A stretch of 64,000 bases of DNA, taken from assembly GCA_035524095.1 (NCBI GenBank), contig DATKPK010000264.1, positions 10,546-74,545 on the forward strand, read 5' to 3'. Position numbers and translations under genes: made by a program. Of the stretch, positions 57,097 through 64,000 are shown piece after piece. The notes beneath the pieces were generated by a model. The model was not told the origin of the DNA and searched no databases. It saw nothing but the letters and a program-made list of their open reading frames with translations. The stretch is from Candidatus Binataceae bacterium. GTDB lineage: Bacteria > Desulfobacterota > Binatia > Binatales > Binataceae. Positions within the stretch are counted from its first letter, which is position 1; each line of letters starts with the position of its first letter.

Positions 57097-57831
57097 ATGA
57101 GCGAACCAAAGATCATCGTGCTTGACGACGAACAGGCGCTGCATATGCGCGCGGCTGAAGAAATAGCCCATCTTAGCGGCGAAGCAATCTGCACCCACGC
57201 CGAATTCACTTTTTGCCTGTCGGGTGGATCAACCCCAGCGGCAGTCTACGAATTACTAGGTTCGCGTTTTCTCTTGAGTGTGGATTGGAACGAAGTGCAC
57301 TTCTTCTGGGGGGACGAGCGCTGTGTACCACCGGATGACCCCATGAGCAATTATGCGATGACGCAGCGGACGATGCTGTCCAAGCTGCCGATCAAGCCGT
57401 CACAGGTACATCGAATCCGCGGCGAAGAGCCACCCGCCGCGGCGGCGCAGGCCTACGAAGTGGAGATCGCCAGTCATTTCGGTGGGGCGGGCTTCCCTCA
57501 CTTTGATCTGACTTTGATGGGGCTGGGCGACAATTCCCACACCGCATCGTTGTTTCCACATAATCCTGCGTTGCATGAAGCCGAACGTGTTGCACTCGCA
57601 GTCGAGGTCGACGATCCCACCCAGCGCCATCGCGTGACCCTAACGGCACCCGTCTTCAATAATGCTGCGAATGTCATCTTTCTCGTGAGCGGCGCCGGTA
57701 AGGCTCAAGCCGTATGGAACATTCTGAAGGGTCCACACAATCCTGACGAATTCCCGGCACAACTGATCGCGCCGGCGAAAGGTGAGTTAATTTGGCTGCT
57801 GGATCGCGCTGCCGCCAGTAAAATCAGCTGA
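57097..57831 (+). CDS. pgl: 6-phosphogluconolactonase
   Basis: ..FTFCLSGGSTP.. and ..VHFFWGDERCVPPDDPMSNY.. motifs. Confidence 0.85.
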   Translation: MSEPKIIVLDDEQALHMRAAEEIAHLSGEAICTHAEFTFCLSGGSTPAAVYELLGSRFLLSVDWNEVHFFWGDERCVPPDDPMSNYAMTQRTMLSKLPIKPSQVHRIRGEEPPAAAAQAYEVEIASHFGGAGFPHFDLTLMGLGDNSHTASLFPHNPALHEAERVALAVEVDDPTQRHRVTLTAPVFNNAANVIFLVSGAGKAQAVWNILKGPHNPDEFPAQLIAPAKGELIWLLDRAAASKIS

Positions 57832-57876
57832 TGGAATCTCGAAGGCGGCGCGCGTTCTGATATCGGACGGGCGGCA

Positions 57877-58551
57877 TTGCCCGAGTACAGTGGCCTGCTT
57901 AACACTTCGAGCCGCGATCGTCACAATGAACGGATGGCCCGCCTAGCTCTCCGCCACTGGACCGCGATTCTGATAGCCGTTGCCGTCGCCGCGTGGGCGA
58001 TTTTCTACGTCCCTCAAACGCCTTCGTGGACGATCTTCCAACTGAAGCAAGCAGTTGACGCGCGAGATGGCGTGGGTGCCGCTCGTTACGTCGATTTTCA
58101 ATCCGTGGTTCAAAATGCCGGTTCTGAAATGGTCTCCGATCAGAACAGTTCTAATGGGAGCGCGGGTAGCTTGCTGGGCGCCCTGGTCGGGAACGGCGTC
58201 GTGAGCCTGCTTTCTGGACCGATGGCTTCATTACTTAAGTCGTGGGCAATCCAACAGGTCGACAACGGAGCGAAGCAAGTGCAGATTCCGGCCGCTGCGG
58301 CAGCCGGGGCGATCGCACTGCTCCATCGCAACGGTGACGCCGCCTACACCCGCTGGACCGATAACAAAGGTCAAGTGTGGGAGGTGCGGCTCGGACGGGA
58401 GGAGGGCGGCTGGAAGATCGTTCAGGTGAAAAATGTCAAACAGTTGCTCGAAAAACTCCAGCAGCAGCAGGAAAACCGAATCAACGAACCGGCACCCGGA
58501 GCGTTGCCGCCCGATACCGGTTCGGCTGCACCGCCATCTTCGGGTCCCTAG
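57877..58551 (+). CDS. Membrane-anchored hypothetical protein
   Basis: Single N-terminal TM helix (WTAILIAVAVAAWAIFYV), Gly/Ser/Ala-rich middle and a Q-rich coiled-coil C-terminus. Confidence 0.45.
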   Translation: MPEYSGLLNTSSRDRHNERMARLALRHWTAILIAVAVAAWAIFYVPQTPSWTIFQLKQAVDARDGVGAARYVDFQSVVQNAGSEMVSDQNSSNGSAGSLLGALVGNGVVSLLSGPMASLLKSWAIQQVDNGAKQVQIPAAAAAGAIALLHRNGDAAYTRWTDNKGQVWEVRLGREEGGWKIVQVKNVKQLLEKLQQQQENRINEPAPGALPPDTGSAAPPSSGP

Positions 58552-58661
58552 CATTGCAGAAGAATCAACGGCTGGTTAAATGGAAACAGAATGCCGCGGG
58601 GTAGGTCGCCCGTAATACAAGGTGCGTTTACTCTGAGGTCTGCTCCCGGTACACTGTTGCC

Positions 58662-58690
58662 AGCGCGGCCCACCACAGGCCGCGCTTTTG
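58662..58690 (+). terminator. Rho-independent terminator/attenuator immediately upstream of typA
   Basis: AGCGCGGCC-caccaca-GGCCGCGCT followed by TTTTGG; ends about 20 bp before the typA start codon. Confidence 0.5.
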
Positions 58691-58708
58691 GTATTAAGAA
58701 CGTAAACG

Positions 58709-60556
58709 ATGCGACGTCCGGACATCCGCAACCTTGCCATTGTTGCCCATGTAGATCATGGGAAAACCACGTTGGTTGACGCTTTACTGCGTCAATCCGG
58801 CGTTTTTCGCGCCAACGAACAGATGGTCGATCGTGTGATGGATTCCTTCGCGCTTGAACGTGAGCGTGGCATCACGATTATGGCCAAGAACACATCGATT
58901 GTGTGGGGCGAAACGCGCATCAATATTGTTGACACGCCCGGCCATGCGGATTTTGGTGGCGAAGTCGAGCGCACGCTCTCGATGGTCGATGGCATCCTGC
59001 TGCTGGTGGATGCATGTGAGGGCCCGCTGCCGCAGACGCGCTTTGTGCTTAAGAAAGCGCTCGAGGCGCGGCTGCCGGCTATCTTGTGTATCAACAAGAT
59101 CGATCGTGCTGACGCGCGTGCACCCGAAGTTCTAGACGAAGTTTACGACCTGTTTATCGACCTCGACGCGAGCGAAAGCCAACTCGACTTCCCGGTGCTC
59201 TACACCAACGCACGCCGCGGGACCGCGGTAACCAGGCTTGGCGATGAAGGCGTGGACCTCCGTCCGCTGTACGAAACTATCATCTCGCATCTTCCAGGAC
59301 CTGAAGTGGATCCGGACGCTTCCATCCAGTTTCAGGCGAACAACCTTGATTACGACGATTACGTTGGACGGCTTGCGGTTGGCCGTCTCATTGCCGGGGT
59401 AATTACGGCAGGCAACAGCTATTCGCTGTGCCGGGCTGACGGTAGCCGGACGACTTGTAAGATTGCGCGGCTCTACGGCTGGCGCGGACTCAAGCGCGTT
59501 GAAATCGATGAGAGCCGGGCGGGCGATATCGTAATGATCGCCGGTATCGAAGATATCGAAATTGGCGACACGATTGCCGACCTTGAGAATCCGCGGCCAC
59601 TGCCGGTTATCCGGATTGACGAGCCGACGGTCGCAATGACTTTTCTGGTCAACAATGCGCCGTGGGCAGGACGCGAAGGCGAATTTGTAACCTCGCGTAA
59701 ACTTGGCGAGCGTATCCTGTTCGAGTCGCGTCGGAACGTCAGTATTCGCATCGAACAGCTGAGTGCGGATTCGTGGCGCGTGATGGGCCGTGGCGAACTG
59801 CAACTTGCGGTGATCCTCGAAACGATGCGGCGCGAAGGCTACGAAGTTCAGGTCTCCAAGCCAACCGTATTGACCCGGCAAGTCGATGGCGCGATCCACG
59901 AACCGATGGAATTTCTAGTCGTCGATATTCCCGAAGATTATATCGGCACAGTCACCCAGCTTTTGTCCGCCCGCAAGGGTAAGATGCGCACGATGGTAAC
60001 GCATGCGAGCGGACGCGTGCGTCTGGAATACGACGTCCCGGCGCGCGGACTGATCGGGTTTCGTGGACGTTTTCTCGCCGAGACGCGCGGTTTGGGCGTG
60101 CTCCATTCGATCTTCAATGGCTATGGTCCATGGGCTGGGACGATCCGCTCGCGGCAGAACGGTGCGATGATCTCTGATCGTGAAGGCGTCGCCAGCGGCT
60201 ATGCGTTATTCCATTTGCAAGAACGAGGGCGCTTCTTTATCGGCGCAGGCGAGCCAGTTTACGAAGGCATGATTGTTGGGGAATACTCGCGCGAGACGAA
60301 CCTGCCGATTAACGTCTGCCGTGAGAAAAAGCTCACGAATATACGTGCCGCCGGTCACGACGAGGCGATCAGGCTGACGCCGCCCCGCGTGATGACGCTC
60401 GACACCGCGCTTGAATGGATCGACGATGAAGAACTGGTCGAGCTGACGCCGAAATCGGTGCGGATACGCAACCGGATTCTTCGCACAGCGCTGCGAAGCA
60501 AGCATCGCGCGGGTTGGAGCGACGCCGCTCAGCCTGAGATCGCTGAAGGCGAGTGA
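58709..60556 (+). CDS. typA: Translational GTPase TypA/BipA
   Basis: ..RNLAIVAHVDHGKTTLVDALL.., ..DTPGHADFGGEVER.., ..NKIDR..; 615 aa collinear with BipA. Confidence 0.95.
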   Translation: MRRPDIRNLAIVAHVDHGKTTLVDALLRQSGVFRANEQMVDRVMDSFALERERGITIMAKNTSIVWGETRINIVDTPGHADFGGEVERTLSMVDGILLLVDACEGPLPQTRFVLKKALEARLPAILCINKIDRADARAPEVLDEVYDLFIDLDASESQLDFPVLYTNARRGTAVTRLGDEGVDLRPLYETIISHLPGPEVDPDASIQFQANNLDYDDYVGRLAVGRLIAGVITAGNSYSLCRADGSRTTCKIARLYGWRGLKRVEIDESRAGDIVMIAGIEDIEIGDTIADLENPRPLPVIRIDEPTVAMTFLVNNAPWAGREGEFVTSRKLGERILFESRRNVSIRIEQLSADSWRVMGRGELQLAVILETMRREGYEVQVSKPTVLTRQVDGAIHEPMEFLVVDIPEDYIGTVTQLLSARKGKMRTMVTHASGRVRLEYDVPARGLIGFRGRFLAETRGLGVLHSIFNGYGPWAGTIRSRQNGAMISDREGVASGYALFHLQERGRFFIGAGEPVYEGMIVGEYSRETNLPINVCREKKLTNIRAAGHDEAIRLTPPRVMTLDTALEWIDDEELVELTPKSVRIRNRILRTALRSKHRAGWSDAAQPEIAEGE

Positions 60557-60604
60557 AGCCTGCCGAACGGGCGATATTCGTAAGGCATCCGCAGAGGGGA
60601 TCGG

Positions 60605-63600
60605 ATGAGAATTGTCCGCATTCTCCTTGGCAGCATTCTGGTTCTGGTCATCATTGCAGGCACGGTCGTCGGCCTCGTTTTCCACAATGAAGCTGCATTA
60701 GTCCAACTTGTCCTCACCCGAATCGACACTAGTACCGGCTACAACATCGTCCCGGCTGGCGTTCGTGTCAGATTTCGCAGCCATCTTGAAGTAACGCTCG
60801 AACAGCCGCGCGTCTATCAGAGCGGTAGCGAGATTGCCCGCTTGGACGCGATTAGCGTACTCGTCAGCTACCACCGTATGCTGACGAGCAACGGCTTGCC
60901 GCTGCGCGAGATTCGTATCGTTGGACTAAAGGGACACGTCCCCGCCGGTGCTGCGGTCGCCGCCGGATACGCAATCCCGCGGCCGGGAGTCGCCGGGATG
61001 CACACGGTGCTCCGCGTCCTTGACGCGATCGGCGCCTTTTCGGGACGTATCGTTCTGGACAACGCCAAGATCAATGACCCATCTAATCATACGATAATCG
61101 AAGATTTCGATTTGGTTGCGGCACGCGAACATCGGGGGGTCGCGAATTCACCTTGGTTAGTCAGTTACGACGGAGACTGGCGCTATGCCCCGCTCGGTAG
61201 CTTTCGCCTCTCTGGTACCGCTCATCTGGAAACCGCAAAGCAGGCTATAACCGGCGTTCTCTGGAGCGGCGAGTTAAGGTTCTGGGGCGTGAATTTGAAT
61301 AATTTTGCCGCGCTGCACGGCGTCGCGGCCACCGGCACGATGCAGGGTCAGCTGCAGACGGTGCTCAATCCCGACGGTACGCTGGAGGGCCGTGGGCAGG
61401 CCGAGGTGACCGATGGGGTGCTGGATGGTACCGCCCTGGTTCATCCAATCACGCTGGGTAGCTTTTCGTTGAGCGCGAACTATTTGGTTTCGGAGACTTT
61501 ATTCCGGTTCGATAAAATCGAGGTGACCGAAGCACAGCGATCTGTCGCTGCCGGATGGTGTTCGGTTACGAATCCATACGATCCGGCGCGCCGGGCCGAC
61601 CTGAGCATTAGCGGCATAAGAATCACTCTGACGAAGCTTGCGTCTTACCTGGGGGCGATCCGCGCGGTGCCAGCCGTGCTGATTACTGATGTGAAAAGGT
61701 TCAATTCGGGTAGTGTATCAATTGCGCAAGCGTTATTCGGACCGCCCGTGCCGATCAACGATTGGAGCGTTGCGGCCATTCGCGACAACCTGAAGGTCGG
61801 CGCGATTATCAGCGACGTGGGCTTCGACCTTAATGATCCGCGCCTGCCTGACGTCCCACCGCTTCGCCATCTTGACGCCGCCGTGAGGTATGAGGATGGA
61901 ATGCTTCAAGTCAGCCAAGGGTCGGCCGCCCTCGGCAAATCGTCAGTGACCGGCATCAGCGCGCAAGCGCGGATTACTCATGCCCCCCGTTCGCTGCCGT
62001 ATAGCGTGCACTTCAAGAGCGTCCTTGATTTGGGAGAGCTCTATGCCGTCGGCGGGTCAATGCTCAAGCAAATCGATCCGCGAATATCGGACCGAATCGA
62101 AAGCTTGCAAGGCAGCGCGGCTTTGAGAGTGCAGGCTTCAGGCTCGCTTAGCGATCTGAAGTGGTCAGCTCCCCACGAGTACGAGGCGCTCTTGGCGCCC
62201 AACCAGATTCAGCTGGGAATCAGGGGACTTCGCCAGCATTTATCACTCGCTAGCGGGTCATTAATTGTCATGCCGGGGCAGGTGCGGATCGATCAGTTGC
62301 TGATTGCGCCTTCCAACCCCAACAGCGGTAACGTTGTTATCAACGGAACAGTACTTAGCGGCTCGCCAATGCCGATTGTTCACAACGTGAGCGTGGAATT
62401 GCACCGGCTCAGGGCGGAGGACTGGATTCCGCTAGTGGTTTCCAGCGACGATCTGGCGATTGAAGGTGAACTAGGCGGCAAGCTCATCGCCAACTCCGAT
62501 CCTTCGGGAAAAGAACCGCCGGTGGTAACCGGTGTCGTAACACTGGCGAACGGCAAGGTTGAACCTGGCTTCATGCGCTCGCCGATGGTCGTTACCGCAG
62601 GCTCGTTATCCCTCAATGGCAAGGGACTGGTCTTCGATCTGCCGGCCGCGACGCTGCAGGGTCATGCAATCACTTTCAAACTGACGCTCGCCGACTTCAC
62701 TCATCCTGCCTTGCGCATCGACGCCACCGCGAGCGACTTCGACTTTGAAGTCCTACGTTTCATTCGCCTGCCATGGTCGCCCAAGACGCCGGTGCATTTC
62801 TTCCCCTTGCCGATCGGAGGTCATATCGAAGCGACGCACGCCAACTTTGATAAATTGCAGATGACTACTGTCAGCACAGACTTCAGCCGCGCGCATGAAC
62901 ATTGGATCGTGACCAATTTCAACGCGGACACCTTGGGCGGCCATGTCAAGCTGGATCTTACGGGTCGTTCGGCGAATGAATGGATTAACGCTCATGGCAC
63001 TGTCGACAACGTTGACACGGCTGCGATCTGCACGCTCCTTGGCGAATCCAAGCCTGCACTGAGCGGCAGGATGCATTCTGATTTTGATATCTGGGGCAAT
63101 ACGGATACTAATTTCTTTCAGACCCTGGACGGCACTATCAGCCTGCATCTGACGCATGGATTGGTCCGCCGGCTTGCGCTGCTGAGCCGTGTTCTGAGTC
63201 TGATCGATCTTAAGAACTGGCTGACTGCGCATTTGCCTGACCCGCGCATCGCGGGTGTTCCCTACGACACTATAACCGCTGAGTTCAAAGGCCATGACGG
63301 GATTATGTACACGGATAATTTCCGTCTGGATGGGCCGGTGCTGGTGATCACGTCGAAGGGTGATTTGAACCTCGGCAAAAACACCATGAATATGGAGCTG
63401 AGCCTGATTCCGTTCGACACGTACAATTGGCTGCTTACCAAAATCCCGATCGTCGGGAGCCATATTGCGGGCGGTACGAACGATCTGCTCGCTGCGTACT
63501 TCGACGTTTACGGGCCGATGACGAATCCAAGAGTGATTCCAAAGCCGATCACTTCTGTTGCGGCATTCGTGGCGAAGACCTTGAGCATCCCCATCAATAT

Positions 63601-63628
63601 AATTCGGCCTAACACAATAAATCCCTGA
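60605..63628 (+). CDS. AsmA-family outer-membrane biogenesis protein (AsmA/TamB-like)
   Basis: 1007 aa. N-terminal TM anchor (ILLGSILVLVIIAGTVVGLVF) followed by a long beta-rich periplasmic domain. Confidence 0.6.
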   Translation: MRIVRILLGSILVLVIIAGTVVGLVFHNEAALVQLVLTRIDTSTGYNIVPAGVRVRFRSHLEVTLEQPRVYQSGSEIARLDAISVLVSYHRMLTSNGLPLREIRIVGLKGHVPAGAAVAAGYAIPRPGVAGMHTVLRVLDAIGAFSGRIVLDNAKINDPSNHTIIEDFDLVAAREHRGVANSPWLVSYDGDWRYAPLGSFRLSGTAHLETAKQAITGVLWSGELRFWGVNLNNFAALHGVAATGTMQGQLQTVLNPDGTLEGRGQAEVTDGVLDGTALVHPITLGSFSLSANYLVSETLFRFDKIEVTEAQRSVAAGWCSVTNPYDPARRADLSISGIRITLTKLASYLGAIRAVPAVLITDVKRFNSGSVSIAQALFGPPVPINDWSVAAIRDNLKVGAIISDVGFDLNDPRLPDVPPLRHLDAAVRYEDGMLQVSQGSAALGKSSVTGISAQARITHAPRSLPYSVHFKSVLDLGELYAVGGSMLKQIDPRISDRIESLQGSAALRVQASGSLSDLKWSAPHEYEALLAPNQIQLGIRGLRQHLSLASGSLIVMPGQVRIDQLLIAPSNPNSGNVVINGTVLSGSPMPIVHNVSVELHRLRAEDWIPLVVSSDDLAIEGELGGKLIANSDPSGKEPPVVTGVVTLANGKVEPGFMRSPMVVTAGSLSLNGKGLVFDLPAATLQGHAITFKLTLADFTHPALRIDATASDFDFEVLRFIRLPWSPKTPVHFFPLPIGGHIEATHANFDKLQMTTVSTDFSRAHEHWIVTNFNADTLGGHVKLDLTGRSANEWINAHGTVDNVDTAAICTLLGESKPALSGRMHSDFDIWGNTDTNFFQTLDGTISLHLTHGLVRRLALLSRVLSLIDLKNWLTAHLPDPRIAGVPYDTITAEFKGHDGIMYTDNFRLDGPVLVITSKGDLNLGKNTMNMELSLIPFDTYNWLLTKIPIVGSHIAGGTNDLLAAYFDVYGPMTNPRVIPKPITSVAAFVAKTLSIPINIIRPNTINP

Positions 63629-63667
63629 CGGCTTGGAGCGTATCGATGGCATCGCTAGATTGTGCTG

Positions 63668-64000
63668 ATGGCTCTGGCGACGAAAACGCGCATCATCTTC
63701 GTGATGGCAGCCAATGAAGAAGAGGCTTCCATGATCGCACGAACGTTGGTCGAGGAGCAGTTGGCTGCATGCGTGAACATAATCTCGCCAGTCCGCTCGA
63801 TCTATCGCTGGCAAGCAAAGATCGAAGAAAGCGGAGAATGCCTGCTGCTGATCAAAACCTCTACCCGCAATTACGCCAGACTGGAGCGGCGCGTAAAGGA
63901 TTTGCACAGTTACGATGTCCCCGAGATAATCGCGATGACATTGGCGCATGGCTCGTCCGACTACCTGAAGTGGATAGCGGAATCGACTGGCGGGCCTGCT
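63668..64000 (+). CDS. cutA: Divalent-cation tolerance protein CutA (runs to the window end, no stop seen)
   Basis: MALATKTRIIFVMAANEEEASMIARTLVEEQLAACVNIISPVRSIYRWQAKIEESGECLLLIKTS..YDVPEIIAM.. is the CutA1 signature. Absent from the ORF track because it reaches the window edge. Confidence 0.8.
   Translation, partial: MALATKTRIIFVMAANEEEASMIARTLVEEQLAACVNIISPVRSIYRWQAKIEESGECLLLIKTSTRNYARLERRVKDLHSYDVPEIIAMTLAHGSSDYLKWIAESTGGPA

Noticed and set aside
62753-63949. 398-aa minus-strand ORF overlapping the AsmA-family gene and cutA
   Set aside because: Arg/Gln/His-rich composition typical of antisense frames in high-GC DNA. The plus-strand genes have clear family signatures (AsmA TM anchor; CutA motif).
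1-64000. tRNA, rRNA, CRISPR arrays, IS elements, integrases, toxin-antitoxin or restriction-modification genes
   Set aside because: Intergenic regions were scanned for T-loop (GGTTCGAATCC-like) sequences, direct repeat arrays and transposase/integrase-like ORFs. None were found.

Overview
64 kb window of a high-GC (about 60%) bacterial chromosome. No rRNA, tRNA, CRISPR array, transposase or integrase was recognised. (1) Positions 2.6-19.5 kb hold a 13-gene minus-strand Wzx/Wzy-dependent exopolysaccharide/capsule locus. Its order is wza, wzc, rfbF, wzx, acetyltransferase, GT2, GT9, priming sugar-phosphate transferase, GT9, wzy-like, GT4, GT4 and a beta-helix WcaM-like protein. Upstream lie a 1.26 kb lower-GC non-coding leader carrying a repeated TGACTATGTCTC-type motif and a divergent gene for an atypical sigma54-activator-like AAA+ protein that lacks the GAFTGA loop and any DNA-binding HTH. 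(2) Catabolic and housekeeping genes follow: a CoA-transferase/GST/SDR operon, an amidohydrolase, four SDRs (two are paralogues flanking the EPS island), a PKD-domain protein, beta-carbonic anhydrase, acyl-CoA dehydrogenase with a split MaoC hot-dog hydratase pair, GH57, acs, rimP-nusA, convergent thpR-recA, a block of secreted DUF proteins (DUF1501/DUF1800 pair, HEAT-repeat protein), dciA-like, class II RNR nrdJ, SRPBCC, esterase, epoxide hydrolase, tkt-tal-pgl, typA/bipA, an AsmA-family protein and cutA. I found no clear defence or mobile system. The most unusual content is the regulatory architecture of the EPS locus (degenerate bEBP plus repeat-laden leader), the lone CDP-glucose enzyme with two GT9 transferases inside a Wzy-type cluster, and several structured non-coding elements. 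Small-feature coordinates are hand-counted and may be off by 1-2 nt.
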